From: an uncultured Thermoleophilia bacterium | GTDB taxonomy: Bacteria; Actinomycetota; Thermoleophilia; UBA2241 | Direction: 5' to 3' | Length of the DNA: 64,000 nucleotides | NCBI GenBank assembly: GCA_963702475.1 | Contig: CAVPCT010000004.1 | Coordinates: forward strand, 96,001-160,000 | Shown: positions 55,062-64,000 of the stretch, piece by piece | Layout of the letters: every line of letters starts with the position of its first letter | How positions within the stretch are numbered: the stretch's first letter is position 1 | Notes under the pieces: generated by a model | Told to the model about the DNA's origin: nothing | Database searches by the model: none | Seen by the model: the letters and a program-made list of their open reading frames with translations, nothing else | Made by a program: the position numbers and the translations under genes

Positions 55062-55999
55062 GTGGACCCCGTGTTGCGGTCGATGCCCATCATGGCGCGG
55101 GCCAGGCCGTCGGCCATGAGGTTGGTGCTGATGGTCAGCGCGGCGATGAGGATGACCGGCGCGATGACGGCCCACGGCTGGATGGTGATGGCGATGCGGT
55201 TCTCGTTGATCATGAGACCCCAGTCGGCCGACGGCGGCTGCATGCCGAAGCCCAGGAACGAGAGCGCCGCGATCATGATGATGGAGTACGTAAGTCGCAG
55301 GCCGAACTCCACGAGGAGCGGGCTGCTGATGTTGGGCAGAACCTCGCGGAACAGGATGCGGCGCCGCGGCACGCCCACGGCCGTGGCGGCGCGCACGAAG
55401 TCACGTTGCGCGAGATCGACGGTGGCGGCGCGCGTGACGCGCGCGATGCGCGGCATGTGCGAGATGCCGACCATGAGCACGATGAGCCACAGCTTGGGCC
55501 CGACGATGGACACGAACAGCATGGCGAGGACCACCGACGGGAAGGCGAGCACCACGTCGAGCATGCGCATGATGCTCTCGTCCACCCAGCGCCGCGCGTA
55601 CCCCGAGATGAGGCCGAGACTGACGCCGAACACCATGCCGAGCACGGTCGCGGCGATGCCCAGCACGAACACGCTGAGGCCGCCGTACAGCACGCGGGTG
55701 TAGACGTCGCGACCGAGGAAGTCGGTGCCGAGCCAGTACTCGGCGGACGGCAGCGAGAACGGGGGGCCGATGAACTCCGTGGGCGAGTACGGCGCCCAGA
55801 AGCGCCCGAACACGGCGATCACCAGCAGGACCAGGAAGAGGACGAAGCCGACCTTGGTGCGGCGCAGGCTCCAGGCGTCGAGCACCGTCTGCACCCACTC
55901 GGCGCGCTGCTTACCGATGGGCAGCGCCTCCAGGGGCTCGATCTCGAGCGTCTCGAGCGGCTGGAGCGGATCGAGGCCGGCGTCGCTGGTCTGGCTCAT
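55058..55999 (-). CDS. Peptide/nickel-type ABC permease (DppC-like)
   Basis: LGTDFLGRD, DFVRAA, LSFLGFGMQPPSADWG. Confidence 0.92.
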   Translation of the reverse strand: MSQTSDAGLDPLQPLETLEIEPLEALPIGKQRAEWVQTVLDAWSLRRTKVGFVLFLVLLVIAVFGRFWAPYSPTEFIGPPFSLPSAEYWLGTDFLGRDVYTRVLYGGLSVFVLGIAATVLGMVFGVSLGLISGYARRWVDESIMRMLDVVLAFPSVVLAMLFVSIVGPKLWLIVLMVGISHMPRIARVTRAATVDLAQRDFVRAATAVGVPRRRILFREVLPNISSPLLVEFGLRLTYSIIMIAALSFLGFGMQPPSADWGLMINENRIAITIQPWAVIAPVILIAALTISTNLMADGLARAMMGIDRNTGST

Positions 56000-56964
56000 C
56001 GCAGGCCCGTCCGCAGGCGCGGGCTGATGAGGATCGTGAGGATGTCCGCGCCCAGGTTGAGGAGCACGTAGACGGCGGCGATGAGCAGCACGAGCGCCTG
56101 CACCACCGGCATGTCGCGGTTGGCCACCGCGTCAACGAGCCCCGTCCCGATGCCGGGGAAGCCGAACAGGTACTCCACGGTGACGATGCCGCCGGCCAGC
56201 CAGGCGATGTTGATGGCGATCACCTGGATAGTCGGGATGATGGCGTTGGGAAGGGCGTGGTGCCACAGCACCCGCGACTCCTTGAGGCCCTTGAGGCGCG
56301 CCATCATGACGTACTCGCTCTCGAGCACCTCGATGGTCGAGGCGCGCAGCATGCGACTCACGTACGGGATCACCGCCAGGATCAGAGTGACCACCGGGAG
56401 GATGAACAGGTCCATCTGGCCGCTGAGCGGCGCCCGCGAGTCGACGTTCGACACCGACGGCAGCCAGTTGAACACGGCCGTCGCGAAGATGAGCACCAGG
56501 ATGATGCCGATCACGAACTCGGGCAGCGACACCAGCGTGAGATTGAAGATGTTCATGCCGTTGTCGAACTTCGAGTCTCGGTACACCGCGCTGAACGCCC
56601 CGATGACGATCGAGATGGGGATGCTGAAGAGCGCCGCCAGCGACACCAGGATGAACGAGTTGATGACGCGCTGCTTCAGGAGGTCGGTGACCTTGGCCTG
56701 GCCGCCCACCAGGGACTTGCCGAGGTCCCCTTTCACCACGCTGCCCAGCCAGCTCGTGTACTGCGACAGCATCGGCTTGTCGAGGCCGAGCTCCTTGCGC
56801 AGCGCCTCGTAGCGGACCTTGTCGGCGGAGTCCTTGCCGAGGATGGCCTTGGCGGCGTCGCCGGGCAGCGCCTGCGTGGCGGCGAAGACCACGACGCTCA
56901 CGAGGAACAGCGTGAGCAGGCCCAGGCCGAGGCGGATGAGCAGGAGCTTGAGGAGGGGCGGCAC
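55996..56964 (-). CDS. Peptide/nickel-type ABC permease (DppB-like)
   Basis: LPGDAA, LGLDKP..QY, EYVMMARLKGL, VEYLFGFPGIG. Confidence 0.92.
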   Translation of the reverse strand: MPPLLKLLLIRLGLGLLTLFLVSVVVFAATQALPGDAAKAILGKDSADKVRYEALRKELGLDKPMLSQYTSWLGSVVKGDLGKSLVGGQAKVTDLLKQRVINSFILVSLAALFSIPISIVIGAFSAVYRDSKFDNGMNIFNLTLVSLPEFVIGIILVLIFATAVFNWLPSVSNVDSRAPLSGQMDLFILPVVTLILAVIPYVSRMLRASTIEVLESEYVMMARLKGLKESRVLWHHALPNAIIPTIQVIAINIAWLAGGIVTVEYLFGFPGIGTGLVDAVANRDMPVVQALVLLIAAVYVLLNLGADILTILISPRLRTGLR

Positions 56965-56987
56965 GCAGGCGGCGGGTCAGCCCGGAC

Positions 56988-57023
56988 GGCGGGCGCTCCG
57001 GCCAAGAGGCCGGAGCGCCCGCC
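56988..57023. terminator. 16-bp stem-loop between SBP and permease genes
   Basis: GGCGGGCGCTCCGGCC-aaga-GGCCGGAGCGCCCGCC. Confidence 0.6.
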
Positions 57024-57053
57024 CGCACCGGGCAGGACGATCAAAGGAGTGGA

Positions 57054-58718
57054 TCACGCGAACCAGCCGAGGCGGTAGCGCGCGTTGCTCGCGCAGGAAC
57101 CGAGTCCCGAGTAGTCGGCCAGCATGCCCATGACCGTGGCGGCCATCGCGTCCACCTGGTTGTCGAAGGCGTAGATGATGTAGCGCGCCCTCGTTGTACT
57201 CGATGGTCGCGGCCTCGGTGATCAGTTCGTTGCGCTTGGCGTCGTCCACCGTCTTCATGGCCTCGTTGACGAGGTCCATGTACTTCTGGTTGGTCGGAGC
57301 CCAGTGGGTCTCGTCGTAGAGGGCGCCCGGCATGGTGCCCATGCCGGTCTGAGCGAGGTAGCCACGCGTGCCCCAGTTGTCCATGGCGAAGCCCCACTTG
57401 AGGTACTGGTCGCCCCAGAACACGTCGCCGGTGACGTTGTCGACCTTCACCGTGACGCCGGCGGCCTGCGCCTGCTGCGCGAACACCGTGGCGGCGGCGG
57501 GGGCGTTGTTGCTGACCGACGTGGAGGTCATGAGCTTGACGGTCATGTTCTCCTGGCCGGCCTGCTTGAGCAGCGACATGGCCTGCTCGATGTCCTGCTC
57601 GCGCTGCGGCAGGTCCTTGGGGTAGCCGGGGTCGAACGGGCCGTACATGTCGTTGCCGAGCCACTGCAGGCCGTCGGCGCCCTGGGCGATCATCTCGGGG
57701 CGGTTGACGAGGAGGCGGAACGCCTGGCGCACGCGCACGTCGTCGAACGGCTTGACGTCCACGTTCATGGTGAACGGGATCCAGGAGCCGGTCTTGGCCT
57801 CGAGGAGCTTGTGGCCGGCGCCCTCGGCGATCTGGCGCTGCGCGCCGGGGATCATGTTCACGTAATCCACGGCGCCGCCGAGCAGGGCGTTCATCTGCGC
57901 GGTGGTGTCGGCGAACTCGATGATCGACAGCTGGTCGACGTAGGGGCCGCCGTCCTGGCGCCAGTAGTTCTCGTTCTTGACGAAGACGCACTGCACGCCC
58001 GGCTGGAAGTCGCTCGGGCTGGGCGAGCTTGAAGGGGCCGGTGCCGATGGCGCCCTCGCCACCCTTGGGGTCGTAGCCGACGGGGACGACGGCGGCGCTG
58101 TAGGTGGCTAGCGCCTCCGGGAAGATGGCGTTGGTCTCCGTCGAGGTTGAACTGCACCGTGAGGTCGTCGATCTTCTTGGTGCCGCCCGGCGCGAGGCCC
58201 TTGAGCTGCGCGGCCGCAAGGCCCGGGCTCTTGGGGTCCATGATGCGTTCGAAGCTGTAGACCACGGCGTCGGCGTTGACCGGCGAGCCGTCGTGGAAGG
58301 TGAGGCCCGACTTGAGCTTGACCGTGTACTGCGTGCCGTCGGCGTTCGGCTCGAGCGACTCGGCCAGCGCCATGCCTAGCACGCCCTCGTTGCTGTACTC
58401 GAGCAGCGAGTCGTACATGTTGAAGCGCATGTCCATGGACTGCATGGTGTACGCGGTGGCGTGCGCGTCCAGGTCCTCCTTGGCCGAGCCCTGGCCGGCG
58501 GCGACACGCAGGTGGCCGCCCATGTTGGGCGTGCCGGCCGCGGCCGAACCGCTGGCGGACGGGCTGGCGCTGGAGCCGGACTCCTCGCTGGAGCCGCAGG
58601 CTGCCGTGGTCGAACCTAGTGCCGCGACCGCGCCGACGGCTGCGGCACCCTGCAGCACCTGGCGCCTGGTCAGCTGTTTGGCGAAGACTCCCCGCTTCTC
58701 GTCATCTCGTGTGCTCAT
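57054..58718 (-). CDS. ABC substrate-binding protein, family 5, Tat-lipoprotein (frameshifts near 58140, 58020, 57185)
   Basis: LTRRQVLQG...AAC; TFHDGSP, IGTGPF, PFDDVRVRQA, YDETHW; end rebuilt as NARYRLGWFA*. Confidence 0.88.
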
Positions 58719-59187
58719 TCTCCGCTCCCCCTTGCTCTTACCAGGTCATGACCTGCGCCGTGGCCCAGACGGCACCCCGGTGGGGCGCCTCAGCCTCCCT
58801 CGACGGAGTGAGTCCAGAACGGGACTCTGCGCCTCGCGGTACCGCATAGTACGCGCACGTCATGCGAAAAGGGAACCCTGACCACCGGGCGCGGTCCAGT
58901 ATCCGAGACGGTTTTGCGGACCGGTCGCGATGTTCGAAAAGACGTTCGGGGCCGTGCCGGCGTTCGGGCCGCCGCATCGGCGGCGTCGACGGCGGCCCCC
59001 GACTGTCAGAGGTGTGGGCGAGAACGGGAATGCAGAAGCCGCGCGCGACGAGGTCGTCTGACTGCACTCACCGCTGATCCGCGCCGACACCAGCGACCCT
59101 CCCTGGGACGCTCGTCTCGCCGGGGACCTCGCCCTACAGGCCGCGTTCATCGAGCGGCCGGCGCTGGGTCCGCCGATCCAGGGCGAG

Positions 59188-60597
59188 TCAGTCCGGCGGC
59201 CCGGAGCCGCCGGCCACGATGGCGTCGAGCCCCGCGAGCTGACTGCCCGCCAGGTCGAACGCGCGCGGCTCCGCACGGAGGTGCGCGGTGCGGGCGCGCA
59301 CCTTGTCCAGCAGCGTCAGGGAGCCCTGGGCTCGCCAGCGCTGGTACCCGGCGTCGTCGAACAACTCGCTCCTCCAGTACTCGCGGTGGTGCCGCCTGGT
59401 GTACTTCGTCCCCAGGTGGTTGCCGCCCGGCCCCGCCGAGGCGATCTCCTGGACGGCGAGCGCCTCGTCGTCGAGCGGCACGTCGCGCAGGAAGGCCTTG
59501 GCGTACCCGGCGAGCTCGTCCCCAAGGACGAGCGCCTCGAAGGCGGCCGACATGCCGTTCTCCAGGCCGCCGAAGCCGTGCAGCAGCGTCGCCCGGGAGA
59601 GCCCGCCCAGGATCGTCGTGAGGGCGACCTCCGCCGACCACTGCTGGTCGAGCGCCTTGGAGACGGAGATGCCGGCGTAGGAGTAGCTGGGGAGGCCGTA
59701 GTACCTGGACAGGTCGCAGCCGGCCTGCAGCGCCAGGTGGAGGTCCGGCGTGGTGTACGGATCGGCCGCCGAGCGCATATCCGTGGCGCCGCCCCCGGCC
59801 CCGTAGACGAACGGGGCGCCGGGCCGCACGCGCTGGTGCAGCACCAGCGCGCTGAGGACCTCGGCGTTGGCCACCACGACAGCGGCCGGGATCGAGCATG
59901 GCGCCGTTGAGCCTGCCGACGGCGCCGGACCGCAGATCAACGGTACCTGCGCCTCGGCGCAGGCGACGATCTTGGAGAGGCCGCCGGCGTCGTGCCGCAG
60001 CGGCGGCCCGGGCATGGCGAGCACGGCGATGCTGTCACGCTCGCCACACAGCTCCGCCATGCGCCGGATCTCCGGCACGCAGCGTCCGTCCATCGGGGTC
60101 AGGACCAGCGGCTTGCGCGTGCCCCGCAGCAGAGCCGCGGCATGTGCGAGGTCGAACGCCTCGGCCGGCGCGTCGTGGCAGGAGACGACCATCATCACGA
60201 AGTCCACCCGCGGCAGCCGCTCACACAGCGCCGCCATCTCCTCGAGGTCGGTGAGCCGGGCCGGCCGCCGCTCGCGGGTGTCCGGGTCCAGCACGTACGG
60301 GCAGCCTTGGCCGTTGCCGAAGTACATGTCGCCTGGGCGGAGTGCGAGGGGCGGCGCCTGACCGCCTCGCGACCGCAGGGTCCACTCGCGAGGCGCACTC
60401 CGCAGCGCAGCCTCGACGAGCTCGCCATCGAGGTACACTCTCTCTCCCTCGACGCGTGCGCCCGCCTCCGCGTAGAGCCTCAGCGCAGTCGCGTGCTGCA
60501 GTACGTCGACGCCCACCTCCGCCAGCACGGTCAGAGTGGCCTCGTGGAGACGGGCGCAGTCGCCGGGACCGAGCAGCGAAAGGGTAGGAGCGGGCAC
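59188..60597 (-). CDS. MttB-superfamily methyltransferase #8 (non-pyrrolysine; close paralog of #2)
   Basis: RLHEATL, YFGNGQG, AGSTAP, PGAPFVYGAGGG, SYAGISVSK..DQQW, GPGGNHL. Confidence 0.92.
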   Translation of the reverse strand: MPAPTLSLLGPGDCARLHEATLTVLAEVGVDVLQHATALRLYAEAGARVEGERVYLDGELVEAALRSAPREWTLRSRGGQAPPLALRPGDMYFGNGQGCPYVLDPDTRERRPARLTDLEEMAALCERLPRVDFVMMVVSCHDAPAEAFDLAHAAALLRGTRKPLVLTPMDGRCVPEIRRMAELCGERDSIAVLAMPGPPLRHDAGGLSKIVACAEAQVPLICGPAPSAGSTAPCSIPAAVVVANAEVLSALVLHQRVRPGAPFVYGAGGGATDMRSAADPYTTPDLHLALQAGCDLSRYYGLPSYSYAGISVSKALDQQWSAEVALTTILGGLSRATLLHGFGGLENGMSAAFEALVLGDELAGYAKAFLRDVPLDDEALAVQEIASAGPGGNHLGTKYTRRHHREYWRSELFDDAGYQRWRAQGSLTLLDKVRARTAHLRAEPRAFDLAGSQLAGLDAIVAGGSGPPD

Positions 60598-60612
60598 GCT
60601 CGGTCTCGTGCT

Positions 60613-62647
60613 TCAGACCGGGGCGGCGGCGCGGACGAGCTCGACGCGGACGCCCACGTCACGCAGCGGCGGAAAGCCGCTTACCGGGTCGGGTTCGCCC
60701 GCCGACGTCAGGAGATTCACGTTCGCCTCGCTCCAGCCGTGCACGGCGCGAAGGGTGCCGGATGTGATGTCGCCTGGCGCGACGACGCGCACCGGCAGGT
60801 CGAGGGCCCCGGTCCGCGAGGTCACGCGGACGATGTCACCGCTCGCCAGGCCGAGGCCGCGAGCGTCGCTGGGGTGCATCTCGAGGTCCGGTCCGGGCGC
60901 GACGTCGCGCAGGCGTGCGATGGTGCGGGACTGGCTGTTCAGGAGCGCGACGTTGCGACCGCCCGCAAGGAGCACCAGCGGGTACGCCGGGTCGGGCGAC
61001 TCGAGGCGGGCCGGGCGCCGGTAAACAGGCAGTTCGTCGTGCCCGAGGTCGCGCAGGTAGCGCGACGTGAGCTCGAGCCTGCCCGACGGAGTGGCAAGAC
61101 GGGCGCCGGGCGTGGCCTCGTACCGCACGCCCTCCGGGTGCTCGCGAAGCTGCTCGAGCGTCAGTCCCGTCGGCTCGAGCAGCCAGCGGTCCAGGGCGCA
61201 CTCGTCCTCCCAGGGGAAGAACCGACCCGCCCCGAGGCGCACCGCGAGATCACGCCAGAACTCGTACTCGTCCTGAACGCCGGGGATGGAGAGCGCGGGC
61301 GCGGTCAGCGTGAGCAGCTGGTACTTGAGGTGCACGTGCAACTCCGTCCGCTCGAGGAAGGAGGCCGCCGGCAAGACGTAGTCGGCCAGCGCGGCGGTGT
61401 CCGTCATGAACAGGTCGCGCACCACCAGGAGATCCAGCGACGCGAGAGCGCGGGTCACCCGCGCGGCGTCGGGGTGGGCCAGGACCGGGTTGGCGCCCGT
61501 CACAATGAGCGCGCGCAGCGGGTAGGGATCGCCCTCGAGCATGGCCCCGAGCGCCGTGGGTGTGTGGCAGTCGTGGCAGATGTCGTACAGCACGGGGAAC
61601 GCGTCGGCGCCGAGTGGCCCTAGGTGCCGCAGCGGGACCTCGTCGTACAGCGTCAGGTCGCGGAGCGGGGGGAGAGGGCAGTCGGACGCCGCCCTCCACT
61701 CCGACCGAGCCGAGCAGCGAGTCCAGGACGGCGAGGGTCCGGACGGTGCCGACGCCGTTGCCGTGATGCTCCAGTCCGAGTCCGGCGTAGGAGGCCACAT
61801 GCGGCGCGGCGCCGGCCACCACGGCCGCCACATCGCGGACCATCGTGGCCGGTACGCCGGTCTCCTCCTCCACGAGCTCCGGCGTGAAGCTCTCCGCGTA
61901 CGCGGCCGCGGCGCGAAAGCCGATCGTCCGGCGCTCGACGGCAGCACGGTCCACGGCTCCCGTGGCGATGAGCTCGCGTATGAGCCCCCAGGCCAGGGCT
62001 CCGTCCGTGCCGGGCCGCACGGGCACGTGGATGTCCGCCCGGCGCGCGATCGCTGAGCGCCGGGGGTCGACCACCACCAGCGAAGCCCCGTTGCGCCGCG
62101 CCGCCCTGATGTACTGCATCATGGTCGGGTGCGAGTGCGGCGGGTCAGCCGCCCAAAGCACGATGCACCGCGCGTGCTCGAAATCCGGCACCGGCCAGGC
62201 GCCGAGCACGAGCCGGTAGGCGATGAAACGCGTCGCCCAGCACACCGCGTCGACACACAGGTAGTTGGGCGTACCGACGGCGTGAGCGAAGCGCCGCGCG
62301 ATCGCCTCCTGCTGGCCGAAGCCCAAGGCCTCGCCCTTCCAGATGCCCAGGCTGCGGGCCCCGTGCCGGTCGCGGACCGCGGCGACGCGCTCGGCGATCT
62401 CGTCCAGCGCCTCGCCGAGCTCGATCTCCCGCCAGCCGGCCTTCGTGCGCTTGAGCGGCCGGAGCAGGCGGTCGGGGTGGTGGACCAGGTCACCGGCCGC
62501 GCGGGCCTTGACGCACACGTGCCCCCGGCTCCAGAGGTGGTCGGGGTCGCCCGCGACAGCGACCACCCGCCCGTCGCGCACGGTCACGTCGATGCCGCAG
62601 CGGTCATCGCACATGCGGCAGAGCGTCTTCACGACCCGCTCGCCCAT
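60613..62647 (-). CDS. Cytoplasmic Mo/W-bisPGD enzyme (DMSO reductase superfamily, acetylene-hydratase-like), frameshift near 61690
   Basis: CRMCDDRC...GHVCVK [4Fe-4S] motif, GTPNYLCVDAVC, VVDPRRS, RPGTDGAL / DLFMTDTA.LADYVLPAASFLE, TPSGRLEL, MHPSDA, HGW; no Tat signal. Confidence 0.9.
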
Positions 62648-62692
62648 CGGGTCCTCCAGCGGTCGAGGTCAAGACGTGACACCGTTCACGGA

Positions 62693-62728
62693 GGGCCGGG
62701 CGCCCGAAGAGATCGGAGCGCCCGGCCC
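62693..62728. terminator. Stem-loop downstream of SBP, related in sequence to 56988-57023
   Basis: GGGCCGGGCGCCCGA-agaga-TCGGAGCGCCCGGCCC. Confidence 0.55.
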
Positions 62729-62755
62729 AAGGCTTTCAGCTAGCCGCCGGGCGGC

Positions 62756-64000
62756 TCAGACGAAGTAGACCGTGCGGTACCGCGCGTTGTTGGCGGACAT
62801 CCCGATGCCGGAGAAGTCGGCCAGAGCGCCGGCGACCTTGGGGCTGTAGGAGTCCGCGATCTTCTCGAAGGAATAGATCAGGTAGCCGCCGTCGTTGTAC
62901 TCCATGGTGGAGGCTTCGGTGATGAGCTCGTTGCGCTTGGCATCGTCGGTGGTCCGGAACGCCTCGTCGACGAGCTTCATGTAGTCGTCGCGTGTGCTCG
63001 CCCAGTGCGTCTCGTCGTACAGAGCGCCGGGCACGGTGCCCATGGCGGCCTGCGCCAGGTAACCACGGGTGCCCCACTGGTCCATGGCGAACGGCCACTT
63101 GAGGTACTGGTCGCCCCAGAACACGTCGCCGGTGACGTTGTCGACTTTGACGGTGATGCCGGCGCCCTCGGCCTGCTTGGCGAACACCGTAGCCACCGCC
63201 GGCGCCGAGCTGGCGACGGCGGTCGACGTGCTGAGCTTGATGGTCATGCCGTCCTGCCCGGCCTGCTTGAGCAGCGACTTGGCCTCCTCCAGGTCCTGCT
63301 GGCGCTGGGGCAGGTCGGAGGGGTAACCGGGGTCGAAGCGGCCGTACATGTCGTTGCCGATGACCGCCATGCCGTCCACGGCCTGGTCGATGATCTGCTG
63401 GCGATCTGCGACAAGGCGCATGGCCTGCCGAACACGCACGTCATCGAACGGCTTGGTGAGCACGTTCATCGTGATGGGGATCCACAGGCCGGTCTCGGCC
63501 TCCAGCAGCTGCATGCCGGCCCCTTCGGCGATCTTCATCTGGGCGCCGGGGATCATGTTGCAGTACTCCACGGCGCCGCCGAGCAGGGCGTTCATCTGCG
63601 CGGAGTTGTCGGCGAACTCGATGATGGAGAGCTGGTCGACGTACGGGCCCTCGCCCCAGTAGTTCTCGTTGCGAGCCATGACGCACTGCACGCCGGGCTG
63701 GAAGTCGGCGGGGGCCGCGAGCTTGAACGGGCCGGTGCCGATGACGCCCTCGCCTCCCTTGGGGTTGTAGCCGACGGGGACGATGGTGGCCGAGTATGCA
63801 GAGAGCGCCTCGGGGAAGATCGAGTTCGGCTCCTCGAGGACGAACTGCACCGTGAGGTCGTCGACCTTCTTGGTCCCGCCCGGCTTGAGGCCCTTCAACT
63901 GCGTGGCCGCGAGGCCCGGATTCTTGGGGTCGAGGATGCGCTCGAAGCTGTACACAACGGCATCGGCGTTCACGGGCGAGCCGTCGTGGAACACGAGGTC
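62756..64000 (-). CDS. ABC substrate-binding protein, family 5 (5' end outside window; close paralog of 57054-58718)
   Basis: FHDGSPVNADAVVYSFERI, IGTGPF, PFDDVRVRQA, VDNVTGDVFWGDQYLKW, YDETHW. Confidence 0.92.
   Translation of the reverse strand, partial: DLVFHDGSPVNADAVVYSFERILDPKNPGLAATQLKGLKPGGTKKVDDLTVQFVLEEPNSIFPEALSAYSATIVPVGYNPKGGEGVIGTGPFKLAAPADFQPGVQCVMARNENYWGEGPYVDQLSIIEFADNSAQMNALLGGAVEYCNMIPGAQMKIAEGAGMQLLEAETGLWIPITMNVLTKPFDDVRVRQAMRLVADRQQIIDQAVDGMAVIGNDMYGRFDPGYPSDLPQRQQDLEEAKSLLKQAGQDGMTIKLSTSTAVASSAPAVATVFAKQAEGAGITVKVDNVTGDVFWGDQYLKWPFAMDQWGTRGYLAQAAMGTVPGALYDETHWASTRDDYMKLVDEAFRTTDDAKRNELITEASTMEYNDGGYLIYSFEKIADSYSPKVAGALADFSGIGMSANNARYRTVYFV

Noticed and set aside
60613-62647. 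Respiratory DMSO/TMAO reductase or selenocysteine formate dehydrogenase
   Set aside because: No Tat signal, no partner subunits, no in-frame TGA at the ligand position and no FDH-type CH/UH motif.

Overview
Very GC-rich, gene-dense DNA from an apparently anaerobic bacterium (actinobacterial/Thermoleophilia-like is an impression only), with many single-base frameshifts that look like uncorrected long-read errors. No rRNA, tRNA, CRISPR array, IS or integrase was seen. The window is a catabolic island with: eight non-pyrrolysine MttB-superfamily methyltransferases and one corrinoid protein; five family-5 ABC substrate-binding proteins and two translocators; a coupled hutU-korDABC-sucCD-hutH-mttB-mttB operon; a second ammonia-lyase lacking the MIO motif (ergothionase-like); a stand-alone acetylene-hydratase-type Mo/W-bisPGD enzyme; a DszB-like desulfinase; a BKACE / DddD-like CoA transferase / carnitine-dehydrogenase module; IorAB; an AOR with ferredoxin; a 2-hydroxyacid dehydrogenase-AcnX-LarA-cyclodeaminase operon; and four IclR regulators, three with tandem HTH domains. 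A recurring 16-bp GTCC-N8-GGAC-type palindrome sits upstream of most units. Working hypothesis (inference): an undescribed anaerobic, cobalamin-dependent system that strips sulfur and N-methyl groups from histidine betaines (ergothioneine/hercynine/methylhistidines) and other betaines and ferments the carbon skeleton via glutamate and 2-oxoglutarate to succinate.
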